Below, piece by piece: positions 1 to 11,604 of a DNA stretch of 64,000 nucleotides. Under the pieces are notes generated by a model, which worked only from the letters and a program-made list of their open reading frames with translations, made no database searches and was not told the DNA's origin. The position numbers and the translations under genes were made by a program. How positions within the stretch are numbered: position 1 is the stretch's first letter; each line of letters begins with the position of its first letter. Source of the DNA: Blasia pusilla (lineage: Eukaryota); contig CM114271.1 of the NCBI GenBank assembly GCA_050084515.1, positions 10,726,001 through 10,790,000 of the forward strand, given 5' to 3'.

Positions 1-117
1 CCAACTCTTGAGCCTCCATTGGTAGTGACACCATTTTCACTTCTTGCAATTCCAAAAATCGGAGGGAGGGCAAGACTGAAAATAATTTTGGAAGAGCTCT
101 TGGACAATGATGAGTAA
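1..117 (+). pseudogene. C-terminal tail of the ParB-like/methyltransferase-like gene of copy C
   Basis: Reads PPLVVTPFSLLAIPKIGGRARLKIILEELLDNDE*, matching PPLVVTPSSLPTIPKIGRARPKVILQELSDDDE* that ends at 54723. Confidence 0.65.
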
Positions 118-612
118 GTTGAAAGTTTTCTCGGGTTCAATTGATTGAAGCATTTTGGAGTTGGGATTTAGTGGTTTCAAGCGGCGGAGCACATATTGAC
201 ACTGGATGGGTGTCACTTTGTAGAGCATACAAGATTTACTGTCGAGGAAGGCGTTGGGACTCAAATCATCACACATGGGACCGATATGGTGTACCTAGGG
301 GGGCAAGGCTCTCGAATTCCCCTACATTCTCAATCCCTATCTACAATCGGCCAGAGGAGCCACTAATATCCCAAGATATTCCTTTTGTACAAAAACCTAG
401 GAGAGTTACGAGTAAATTTGTAGATGACAAGGCTGAAGAAATCATAGAATAGATCAAATGTAAATTTCCGAGTTTCCCTCGGATGTAATAAAGAACTTGC
501 AGTTTTTCTACACCGATGGTTTCTGAAGTGTTTTTTGAACTGCTGTGCTTCTGTGTCTCATCGAGCTCGTTCTTGATTATGTCTTGATATCTCTATTTGA
601 TGGTCTTTGTAA

Positions 613-912
613 TGAAACCCGTCGGAATCCGACGGGTTGCAAACTAGGGACCAATTTTGCAACTTGTCAGATTTTGACGGATTGCAAACCAGGGACCAAG
701 TTTGCAACTTGTCGGATTCCAACGGGTTGCAAACCAAGGACCAAGTTTGCAACTGGTCAGGTTTCGACGAGTTGCAAACCAAAGACCAAGTTTGCAACTT
801 GTCTGATTCTGACGGGTTGTAAACCAGGGACCAAGTTTACAAATTGTCAGATTTGGACGGGTTGCAAACCAAAGACTAGGTTTACAACATGTCGGATTTC
901 GACAAGATGTAA
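613..912. repeat. 45-bp tandem array (~6-7 units): 29-bp palindrome + near-constant 16-bp spacer
   Basis: Unit approx. TGCAACTTGTCGGATTCCGACGGGTTGCA + AACCAGGGACCAAGTT. Visible as a 15-aa period in ORF 545-919. Confidence 0.9.
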
Positions 913-2336
913 GGGTTGACATTGTTTCTTCTCTTCTTATTTCTCCTCTCTGGGACTTGTCTGTAATGTTTTCTTAAATGACTTGAATGGTCCGTGTTTT
1001 GGGTTTCTCCTTTGTTGTGGTAATCTCTAGTGGACATTTGTTTTTCCATCTTCCAACCCGTTGCACTTCGACATGATGCAAGCCAAAAATGGAACTTGGA
1101 TGACTAAAGATGTATACAGAAATTCTCCTGTCTTGCGATATTTGCAGACCTCGACATAAATTCTCGTTTCTTGCAATATTTGCGACGAGATGATAAGCAC
1201 TTCTTCTCTTGACGTGTCTTGCAACCCGTCGGATTCCAAGAGGTTGCATATCTTGATGCAGCTTGTGAAGCTCTCTTTTTCAATCCTTTTTTATTTCTTG
1301 ATTTGATTCAACCTGTCGGATTTCGATAAGTTGCATGTGAGGACTCAATATTGTGAATTTTTGGGACCCTTCCCTCCATGGTTGCATAAAAATGGACAAG
1401 TCCTTCCCTATGACAGATACTGACACACAAGTCCGGACATATCCACGGACATGGGTTCCAATAAGTGGGACCCGCACTTATAATTCATGTTGGAAGGCAA
1501 GGCAAGGCAAGGATAAGTGGAGCAATGAGGGAGGAGGGAGTGGAGTTGGAGGGAGGAATAAATGGGGGAGTATGTATGAAACACGAAGGCAAGTAAGGGG
1601 AAGGAGAAAGAAGGGAAAGGTGGGGCCCATATGGACAAGTCCTTCCATAGGACGGACATAAGTCCACGGACATGGACTTTGTCCACACGCAACCTTACTT
1701 CCTTCTATATCTTTTTTCGTACCTAGGTTATGTCACGAGTAAAAACTCTATTGAAACAGGGTAGGTCTTCATAACATGCCTTGTTTTTTAACCCTTATGA
1801 ATCTTAATCTTGTCATGCAACTTATCAGAATCCAACATGTTGTAGGTCCAGATGATTGGTTGGTTGCAGGTCTGGATGATTGACTGCTATTGCAACCCGT
1901 CGGTTAGCGATGGGTTGCTTATCTAGAGGCAGCCAGTGGAGGTCTCCTTCTGAGCCCTTTTTGTTTTCATGATGTCATTCAATTTGTCGAATTCCGACAA
2001 GTTGCACGTCCTGATTACTCACAACTGTGAATTTCTGATGACTTCCCTCTTTCAAATTTTTTTTACCTACCAAGGTTATAGCATGAGTAACAAAAATTTT
2101 GAAACATGAAATCTCTTGATAATTTTTTCTTTTATTGTTACCCTTATGAATCTCAATCCTGGCATGCAACTTGTTGGTATCCGATAGGTAGAAGCTCTGG
2201 AGGATTGCATGGTGTTGCAATCCGTCGATTTCCAACATGTTGCATGTCTAGAGGAAGCCTGTGGAGGACTGCTTCTGAGGGCCGCCAACTCATACGAGAA
2301 GAAGTTTCTAAACAAATGTTGGTGCAACCGATCAAA

Positions 2337-2731
2337 GCAGAGGCCACCAACTCATATGAGAATAGGTCTCTAAGATTTGTCCCTAGGAATTTTCATGGAT
2401 CTGTGCTTGGAGGGAGGGAAAATTCCCCGGCATTGAGAAAGACCCTCGTGAAGCTCTGCTTGAGAACTAGTGACTTGATCCTAGATCTCGTAAGGCTTTT
2501 CCGGGCGAGTGTTAGAGCCGTATGGCAGAGTGGAAGAAACATTCTTCCAATGGAGGGGAAGAGGAAGCAACTATTTGCACTCTGCCAAGAGGCAAAGGCA
2601 GATTACAAGAGAGCATATGGGAGTTTACTAGTCGCCTCCACGGCCAATTAAGCGCACCCGACTTCTTTTAAGTTCATGACTACTTGTTGACATATCAGAG
2701 ACCTCTTCTCATATGAATTGGTGACCTCTGC
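2337..2731 (+). pseudogene. Methyltransferase motif X/I fragment flanked by 35-bp inverted repeats
   Basis: GGRENSPALRKTLVKLCLRTSDLILDLV...AVWQSGRN aligns to GGREKLPALMQTLIELCSRPGDLVFDLV...AWLSGRN (54300-54430). Arms 2337-2371 and 2697-2731 are reverse complements with 3 mismatches. Confidence 0.7.
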
Positions 2732-3234
2732 AAATATTTTGCCACAAATTACCTTTACTTTAACTTCACCTCTCATATTTCAGCCTCCCTATTTTGCCCT
2801 ACAATACGGAAATTCCACCTATAAATTCGTTGATAATGGGGGTTGGTCTCTCTAGCAGGAGAGAGATGATAAACTCTCATTCACCTTCAAGACTGATTGT
2901 TGACGTTAACATTTTCATCTTCACATCTTGGTTTGAGAAAATGTGGTTAGTTTTTCCCCCAAAGTGGTGCACTTCTTACTCTCTTTTAAAAATTTCTTGC
3001 ATTTGAAGTAGGGGAGAAACCTCAAAAATTGAAGAAAGTTCTGAAGAGAGGTTAAGGGTTTGGCTCTATTTTTTGAAGAGAGACTCTCCTCTCTTCCTCT
3101 GTTCCTCTCTCATGCCAGAATACCAGCCCCCTCGGTTTTCGACGGGTTGCAAGTAGGAGAAAAGTTTTCCCATGAATGTCTATGTGCAACCCATCAAAAT
3201 TGGACGGGTTGTAAGTAGGAGACAAGTTTGTCCT

Positions 3235-5170
3235 TGAACTTCCAACATCTTTTGCTTTTACCTCACAGAAAAAAATGGTTTTGAGTCCCTTCTGCATATG
3301 GTCGTAAACGTGCACACCCATGGTCAACCATCCATTCAACACCCTGTAGCAAATATCAAAGCTTACTCAATTGCCAAAGAGATCTTCGCCTTCCCTCATT
3401 CTATCAATAAGATCGAGGCCACTGGACGGCCCTATAGTAGATATTTTGAAGACATAAAATCTGGATCCCTTGCCTCCCTGGCCCATAAACTGCCATCTCT
3501 GAATAAACGGAAACCTAGAGTTAGCCTTGATCTTGGCGATGGCATCTATTTTGGTTGTCTTTCCATCAAGAATTCGTATTTGACGCAACAAGTTCTTGAA
3601 GCATTCAAGATAAGCGAGAAATGCCAGATTTTCCCCTAGTTGTTTCTCTTCAACTGCCGTGATTTTCCCTTGGTTAGGGATTCCAAGCAGTTGTTCACAA
3701 ATTTGTGATGCCGTTGTCAATTTGATCACTCCGAGGTTTGATCCCATAGAGTTTCTATATACCTCAGCCACTTTCTTTGCCACATCCTCCTTGATGTGTC
3801 TTTGAACTGTACCGGTAATAGGATGAGTGTGGGATCTAACATGAACTGCCAGCCTAGTGTACTTAGATGTAAAATTGTAGTCGTGCACAATGAAAAAAAT
3901 GTATGCAAAACACGCTCCAACACAGAAAGGGGAGGCCTAACAATGAGGACATGGATGGCCAGTTGGTGGTATGATCCCACCAACCTCATAAGGAGTTTAT
4001 GCATTTTAGGAAGGAGGGGAGGGGCGGGGGTGGTAATTCAGACGTATTGACTTGCCCATTGCACTCTAGAAACGGGCAGCTAGAACTTCTATACTCCAGG
4101 GCTCCAATGAATTGGCGGCAAGAAACAATCCAAGGACCACTTGGGATTGAAGAACTCGTTCGTTGTAGCCTGCACCATCGATGACAGTCGGACTTTCTGT
4201 CCACACCCTTCAAGCGTCCTCCATCTTTCTTTTGAGCACGATCCAACAAGTGGAGGCAATTCAAAAATACAATTTCCATCATGCCCTTGAAAATCTTCAA
4301 GGGCAAAGACGACAATAAATTATTGCCCTGAACTCGCAATAGGAATGAGTATGCAGAGGCACAGTTTGGTTGGTGTCCAACAAATCCCGTGAGGTCAACA
4401 ACATCCAGAATGTCTTCATTGTCACGAACGTATGAGGGCAAGATTTGCTGCCATGAGTACTGTATGCCACGAGTACTATATGTTCCATGTCATTTTTTGT
4501 GAAATAGAATTAAAAAAGAATATGGTGTTTATTTTGCTCATTAGATGGCTCATTTTTAGACATTGATATACAACTACATGTCAAGTAACTTGAATTAAAG
4601 TGGCTTCCTATTAGTCCTAGAAAAGATATCATTATTCATATTAATAAACAAGTATCTAATTGTGACTCCACCACCGTGTAAGTAACTCACGAGACACTAG
4701 GCTGGTTTTGGAGTAACTAATAGTAGTTGCAATGACTCTTAGTAACACGAGTCACAAAGCTATGGGTTTAAAAGGACCCCTTTTCTACTAGTGGTTGGAG
4801 TCGATGCTGGATCTCCAAAGGTAGGGGTGGCAAATATGGAGCCCGGTGCATTTGGAAGTTGTAGACCATCAACTTGAGAAACAAAGGGCTTCACATGCAA
4901 GCCATACACTCTGTAATGTCCATTTGTGTAAGGTAAGAGATTCCATACTTTGGAGTCTCCAATCCTTGGCTGGAATGTTCCACCTTTAACGTCCTCCGTT
5001 CTGTCCACCCTGACATCCTTGGAAACAAAGATTGTTCTAATTTGGAGAAGAAATCAGAGTGAGAGGAAATTTTCATCCATTTGTACATAAGAATCACCAA
5101 CTTGCGGTCGAATTATTTTGGATTGAGGAAGGGCCACTAGATGACAGCCACATGTGAGATTCACATAATT
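3235..5170 (-). pseudogene. Degenerate GCM/WRKY-like + MULE-type transposase (N-terminal half)
   Basis: ORFs 3986-4441, 3367-3888 and 3052-3342 align to ORFs 17582-18640 (KSDCHRWC, ALExRSxxCP, LAVHVxSHTH, GWLTMG). Frameshifts and stops present. Confidence 0.8.
4443..4793. mobile_element. CACTA terminal fragment inserted in the copy D transposase
   Basis: Ends ...TTTTCTACTAGTG (reverse complement CACTAGTAGAAAA). GACTC/GAGTC subterminal motifs. Transposase homology resumes on both sides. Confidence 0.6.
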
Positions 5171-5319
5171 ATCCCTTTGGAGATGACAACAACGATGATT
5201 CCAGTAGGGCAAAAATAAGAATTAGAATGAGAATGAGAATGAGAATAAGAATGAGAATATTCAATTTAAAGTGAATAGTGACCGTTAAAATTCTGACAAA
5301 AATTGTCTAACAAGCAGTT

Positions 5320-6481
5320 GGTTGGTATGTGAGACGATCGGTCATTGTCAAGACCAAGAAAAGTGCATTCCTAAAAATTCACTGTTATACCCACAATTTT
5401 GTAATCTTGAAGAATATATCTTTTTATTCAACGAAGACTCTTGTATATTATGATTATGATTATGATTATTCATTATTATGAAGAAGAATAAGTGAGTCAC
5501 CAAGCTCCTAAGACAAGGCAGAGAGATGGAAGATCAAGGATTTGCCTTAGAGGAGAATCAAAAGCTCAACGAAGCTCTGTATACAAAGTACTTCGCTCTT
5601 AAATGAAGAGCGAAGCACGAAGCACAAAGCACGAAGAGCGAAGCACGAAGCACGAAGAGCGAAGCACGAAGACGAAGAAGAATGAAGAACTTCGTCCTCC
5701 GGAAATTTAGCGCAACGAAGCTCAGCATGATTGTGATTCGAACCGACACATCATTAGAACAATTAGACTAGGAAAGGGCGCGACCCTTTGTATCAAATTG
5801 GTAGTTAGAACAGTTTTGTACCGCGGATTCACAGGGATCATAGGAAAAGGAACACACACCACAGATCTAGGTAGTTACAGATATTGAAGAGACACCAACT
5901 TCATCAAGAACGCTTTGGATCTTAGAAACGCTCCTACTCTCGAGAATATTTAAGAAACAGAACAGAAGCTATTACCATCATTCGCTCATAAAGTCCTTAT
6001 GCTGTAGGAATGGTCCGAGCAAGAGAGTTGTACCCTCTTGAACTTGTATATACTTTGAAGTCTTCCAATTCTTGATGGAGTAGTAAAACATTCATTCATT
6101 CATTCTAATGTGCGATGCTTATGTCTGAATATTCTTTTTGGGTCTGCCGAGTGAAGAGTGAATCAGGCGAACCTTTCTCATCAATGGAATAATCAACATA
6201 AAGTTGTATGAAATCTGTTTGACAGAGAGTAACCTACCCCAACGGATTGAGTTCCGAAAGTAGGAGAAGCCAATTTTATTCTTGAGGTCTCTGTGAGGTT
6301 CCTAGATGTCGAGAGAACAAATTGCTTGAGCGTACTTTAAACTCCAATCGAGAGAATTGAAGAAGAAAAGATAGGTACTAAAATGGATCGGAAGATGTTA
6401 CTGGAATATTACATTTGAATTACATAATCAATTACACTTTTACAACATAATCATCACTTTATACTCTCTTTTCATCCAACA
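5320..6481. mobile_element. Putative solo-LTR-like insertion
   Basis: Interrupts copy D homology. Begins (G)GTTGGTATG and ends CATCCAACA. Internal GAAGCAC/GAAGAGC short tandem repeats at ~5600-5680. No coding motif and no TSD confirmed. Confidence 0.35.
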
Positions 6482-6619
6482 ATGATCCTCTTGGGGATCG
6501 AACTCTACAATTGACTGTAAATAAGAAACACTTAGACATTACATTTACCTTAGGGATTAAACACGTTGAATTGTTATGACAGTGTCCACATTGCCTCAAT
6601 TAGGCCATTCACGAGGTTA

Positions 6620-6970
6620 GTTCAACCCATCGAATTCCAACAGGTTGCAAGCCATCGGATTCCGTCAAGTCGCAACCTATCGGATTCCGACAAGTTGGAA
6701 ACCGTTAGATTTTGACACGTTGCAAACCGTCAAAATCTGTCTTGTTACAAACCTTTGAATTTCGATAGATTTCAAATTGTTGGAATCCATCTAATTGCAA
6801 ACCTTCGGATCCCAATAGGGTGCAAACCGTTGGAATCTGTCTGGTTGCAAACCGTCGGATTTTGACTGGTTGCAAACCATCGAAATCCGTGTGATTGCAA
6901 ACCGTTGGCATCCGTCTGGTTGCAACACGTCGGATTCCATTTGGTTGCAATCCATCTGAATCCAATTGGT
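6620..6970. repeat. 25-bp-period tandem array of abutting palindromes (~14 degenerate units)
   Basis: Units like GCAACCTATCGGATTCCGACAAGTT recur every 25 bp; neighbouring units share the TGCA. Confidence 0.85.
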
Positions 6971-7889
6971 CCCAGAAAAAATTGAAATGGTGGATGAGAA
7001 AGTGAGAAAGTTTGTCATAGTGGAATCCCTCGCAGTCCGACGGGTTGCATGGGGACAGCCAAAAAGGGGATTGGGCTGGCTAGGTGTTCTTGTCACAACC
7101 CCTCAACATGTTCCATGCTATTCCCCGGGATGACAGACCTAAATCGTGGGACAATCCACTATCACTAAAGCAACCCGTATGGTTGCAAAAGGTGGCAAAC
7201 TTACCACCGAGAGGACGGACTAGTTTGATCCCGACCCCCATGCAAACCATTGGAGTCTGACGGCTTGCATGGGTTTCTTGGGAAGTACGAGCGTCGCCGT
7301 GCAGCCCGTCAGAATCCAAAAATTTGCACACGGTCATTGGCGAGCTTCGTCCTTGCAACCCGTCGGACTCTGACGGATTGCATGGCGACGCTTTAGCATT
7401 ATAATGCGTGAACCCAATGCAAACCATCGGAGTCCAATGGGTTACATGGGGTTCTTGGGTCGTACCAGCTAGATGTGCAACCCGTCTCATTCCTACAAGT
7501 TGCACGCGGCCGTTTATCAACTTCGTCCTTGCAATCCCTCGGACTTCGACGGGTTGCACATTAACGTTGTACCATAACAATGCGTGGAACCCGTGTAACC
7601 CATTGGAGTTCGACAAGTTGCATGGTTCCCACGTGGATAGCACCGTAACAGCCACACATCACTATCGGTCGAACGATTCACTAGAACCAACAATCAGCTC
7701 AACGGCTAAAAAAGTATATAAGCCCAAACTTTGCTCATTTCTCTTTTCCATTCCGCGATTTCATTTCGAGCTCTTTGTCCTCCAATGACTCCTATCGGCA
7801 ATTAAGCACCCCGAGTCTTCTTGTCACAACGGTTACCATCAAAATCCCTTTGCTAGAAGGTGACAACGCTCCAAGTGAGGACGCTTCGA

Positions 7890-8291
7890 GGTTTGACACA
7901 TCACGTCCACTTCTCTTAGCACCATTAATCTGATCGGCCCCCTTGTATGAGGAGAAGCCTAGATTGATGGTTCCAACTTAGACGTCGAAGGAGTCATAGT
8001 AATATGACGTAGGTGGTTTCAGGAGTAGCGTTACTAGGATTATCTAACCCTATATTGCATCAGGGTGCGGGGCACCTTGATGCAATATAGGGTTAAAAAT
8101 AGGTTAAAACTTAGTTTCCAGAGTAGTAAAATAGTCGGGAGCCGCAGCGGTAGCGCATTCTTGTATGTCCAATTATCTCCTGTTCAGGTTCCATCGAAGC
8201 TCTTCAGTGAGTGCACGGACGGACTAGGCCACTTTGTATCTCTAAGTTTTGTAAAAATTTCAGTGATTTCGTCACTTTCTGTTTTCTCACA
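7890..8291 (+). repeat. Copia 5' LTR
   Basis: Direct repeat of 37619-38039; ends TTTCTCACA, followed by the PBS. Confidence 0.9.
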
Positions 8292-8303
8292 TGGTATCAA
8301 AGC
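8292..8303 (+). promoter_or_regulatory. Primer binding site (tRNA-iMet type)
   Basis: TGGTATCAAAGC, one mismatch to canonical TGGTATCAGAGC, directly after the LTR's CA. Confidence 0.85.
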
Positions 8304-8437
8304 AATAGGTTTTCTAGTATTTTGTATCTGGCGATCTAGTGTGTTTGCACAAAATATTGAGAGATGGCTACTTCTTTGTCAGTTTGTGCTCGCCCTCCTC
8401 CGCTGGGTGAAGGGAAGTTAGTGGGTCTAACTATACA

Positions 8438-9013
8438 TTGTGGAAGGGGCTGGAGATTTGGCAACAGTCAGATTCTATTTTTTTCTTTCAGCAAAAGTAT
8501 GCTAGAGAAATCTTGAAGGCATTCGGAATAACCGAGTGTAAAGCAGTGGTCTCGCCAATGGAGGTAGAGTTGAAACTCTTGATGGAGGATGTTTCACCAT
8601 TGGTAGATGAAAAGTTGTACAGAAAGCGTGTAGACAGTTTGATATTTTTGTGTAACACTAGAACAGACATTAGCTTTGCTGTGGGAGTGTTGAGTAGGTT
8701 CCAAACTAAGCCTCGTGAGAACCATTGGAAGGCAGGGATGCGTGTGTTGAAGTACATCAAAGGCACTATCGAGTACAACGTCACCTATGGAGTAGGGTCG
8801 GAAATGACAACTTTTTGTGACTCGGATTGGGCAGGAGATTCAGATTCTCGAAGATCAGTTTCGGGTTATTGCTTCTTGGTAGGATTAGATGTGGTGTCAT
8901 GGGTCAGCAAGAAGCAACCTACAGTGGCTCTTTCTTCTACTGAGGCAAAGTACAAGGCGGCTTCTTATGCTTCTTATGAAGCAGTATGGTTGAGATGGAT
9001 ATTAGAGGACATA
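8438..9013 (+). pseudogene. Copia RT C-terminus / RNase H N-part (continues 37328-37588)
   Basis: QQKYAREIL, FCDSDWAGDSDSRRSVSGY, WVSKKQPTVALSSTEAKY. Confidence 0.92.
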
Positions 9014-9768
9014 TGTCGTGCGCATACCTATCGCTACACAACATACATCGTTGGTCACATCTACACCACACAACACCGATCTTCCCCACACACGGGTCGA
9101 TCCACACATGTACAAAAATAAACTCATACATATACATGGAGATCACACAAGAAAAATGAAGAGTAATAAAAATGGCACAACCGGCCTAAAACTCCACTCC
9201 TCAATCTACATCTGCATATTAAGCCTCGTCCACCCTGTGCTATCAAGGAATCCGGACGCTACCACCCTAGTCCTATCTCACACACATACAAGAGAGGTGC
9301 TCCAACGGCCCAACATGAGAAAGATGGCTTAGGAAAGCCATCTTCCTCTCTTATATAGGGTTGGGAAGAGCCAAAAAGCTCTTCCCCCAAAAATAGCCAC
9401 CCTTGATAACCAACGCGCACAAGTTATCAGGGGCGGGTGACCTGGTCAACAAGTCACCCGGTTGTGAAAGACCTCAACATGAAAGTTGTCAGAAACGACG
9501 TTCCTGACACAATGAACCTATTCTCAACCTCATCTGACACCGTGGGATAAAGTTATACTCAAGATAGTCCGCTGGCTCCTACGCCCTATGCACGATAGAT
9601 CTCGACCTATCGGCTATTCAGATGTGACAGCTGTCGTGCGCATACCTATCGCTATACAACATACATCGCTGGTCACATCTACACCACACAACCTTGATCT
9701 TCCCCACATACGGGTCGATCCACACATGTACAAAAATCAACTGATACATATGTATGGAGATCACACAA
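9014..9768 (-). repeat. 3' terminal B-A-B repeat block of element 1
   Basis: B (137 bp) at 9014-9150 and 9632-9768. A at 9151-9629 matches ~36857-37323. Junction CAGCTG at 9628-9633. PPT-like TTAGGGGGGTGG at 9769-9780 (minus strand). Confidence 0.9.
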
Positions 9769-9845
9769 CCACCCCCCTAACTGGCAGTTGGATCCTCCCA
9801 ACTCCAGATAGAAAAAATCACATCTCTCTGACATGACCCACTACC

Positions 9846-10631
9846 CTATACACATCTCGGACACATCCATCGTCCCGTGGGAACCACATCAAGAGGGGGG
9901 GTCAGACAAGACATATGCCACCCGTGAGAACAACCATCACATACCAACATGGTGGCTGCATTCCTCGCAGATCCGCACAACATACACCTCAAGCCCGTAG
10001 GTCCCACTGCCAAGCTCGGATCCACCGTCTTGTCTACGTTTGCAAGATGACATGGCGCATATTTGCGCACATGATCCTTCCAAACCATTGCATCCCGTCC
10101 CTCCAACATAAGTTCTCCGATCGGTAATACCTTGCGCACACGTAGGATCGTGCGTCCTATAGTGACATCTAGCATCGTGGGTAGCGCCTGCTGTAAATAG
10201 AGGTAATCTCCAGGATGAAACCTCCTAATCCCTGGACAATAACCTCCTCCACGAATGGTCCCGTACCTCGATGTATCTCTATGCTGAGCAATAGCTAAGT
10301 TCTCAAAGGCCATAGGCATAACTCGACGAAAAACCTCAGCCCTGTGAGAACACGCTTGTACCCACACATCTCAATCATCAAGATCTAACATCTCTGCCAT
10401 GTCACGTCAAATTGCTGTAGGTAAATCTGGCTCTCTCCCAAAGAGCAAAAAGTATGGTTAAAATGACGCCAAGGATGCCTGTCGACTAAAGCGATAACCC
10501 ATAGCCAACCATGGCAACTATAGGTCCCACTCCCTCAACTGTCCTCACTGCAAGCCATACCTGCGCAATTCTCTCTTTACTGTCTGTACCACTCTCTCCA
10601 TCAACCCATCCGCCTCAGGATGATCTCTGGA
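9846..10631 (-). pseudogene. Integrase C-terminal part + PHD finger
   Basis: HPEADGLMERVVQTVK integrase core. C4HC3 pattern CMLC..LVCDGC..GWHMSCLTPPL..VPTGRWMCPRC. Confidence 0.9.
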
Positions 10632-11604
10632 GGGGGCTGGTATTCTGGCAGGAGAGAGTAAGAGAGGAGAGTCTCTCTTAAAAAAAAAGGGCCAAATCCG
10701 CCTCCTCTCTTCAAAACTTTTTGACATATTTGAAAATTTTGTTTGCTTTCAAATTCAGGAAATCTTTAGAAGAGAGTATTTAGTGGTCCACATTTGGCCC
10801 TAAAAAAACCTCCTCTTTCCTGGGGGCGAGAAAAAAGGAGACATCATAAGACCACTACAAACATTTTTCCATCACTCTCCACGTGAGCCTAAGTTTCTTA
10901 ACATTCCCTGTCTCGGTCAACAAAAAACAGTGCCCTTGGTATTTTTGTTGCAGGACCACCCGGATGCCAACCTCTCTTTTTGCACGGATTGTTTCCTGCA
11001 TCATGGCCTCCCCTAAATTGCCCCATAACCAACTTTCTGTTGGTTATGAATGGTGTCTGCTCAAGACCAACTTTGTGAAATGTGAACACATAAGATCCTA
11101 AGGTGAGAAACCGAGAAGCTGCACCCCTCCCAACCCGTAAGAAAGCTCATCATAAGAAAGGAAAGATTTTTAGAAGTGATTTTCTTCCACCCTGCACCCA
11201 CGACGATCTAACAGGTTGGGAATCCGAAATGGAAATCCGACAAGTAGTAGGAATCCTGCACATCTTAGACAAGAAAAGAAGCCTACAACTGGTTTGACAA
11301 ATGAAGGGGAACAAGCCAAAAGTCAAGAAGCCCGCCACAATGCGTCAAAAGTTGGTCTCACCGGGATAGAGTCCGATCACTCAAGCAGTCAACTTGTCGG
11401 AATCCGACAGGTTTCCTGGAAATGGTAAAAAAGTTGCAGTGGGCAAAAAGCAAAAAGTTGGAACCCGTCGGAATCATACGGGTTGCAGAATTGTAATTCT
11501 GAGTAGCTAAACGAACACAATCCACAAGTCCAAAAAAATATTCCAGCAAACTTTTACAAACACCATTATGGGTTGAAAAAATCTCGTCCTTTATTACCTC
11601 TATC

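Larger units (their letters stand above)
1..3131 (+). mobile_element. Right-hand part of palindrome-rich MULE-like transposon, copy C (diverged subfamily); runs off window start
   Basis: 1-530 aligns with 54600-55600 (e.g. GAHIDTGWVS..CRGRRWDSN in both). Ends in ...CCAGAATACCAGCCCCC at 3131, the same terminus as 10632 and 56532. Many degenerate palindrome copies. Confidence 0.75.
3132..7889. mobile_element. MULE-like transposon copy D: truncated transposase, palindrome-rich intergenic region, 5' leader of second gene (resumes at 38040)
   Basis: Homologous in inverted orientation to ~15950-18620. TATA-like GTATATAAG at ~7714. After the copia insertion it resumes with MTRKKSQ at 38099. Confidence 0.75.

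Noticed and set aside
613-912. CRISPR array (palindromic repeat + spacer)
   Set aside because: Spacers are near-identical and only 16 bp, repeats are degenerate, there are no cas genes, and the context is eukaryotic TE.
6482-6506. tRNA gene or PBS (TGGGGATCGAACTC resembles a reverse T-arm)
   Set aside because: No cloverleaf and no clean TGG start; at most a decayed PBS.
9846-10367. Host PHD or DNMT genes
   Set aside because: They are intronless, embedded in gypsy pol at fixed positions and present in several decayed copies.
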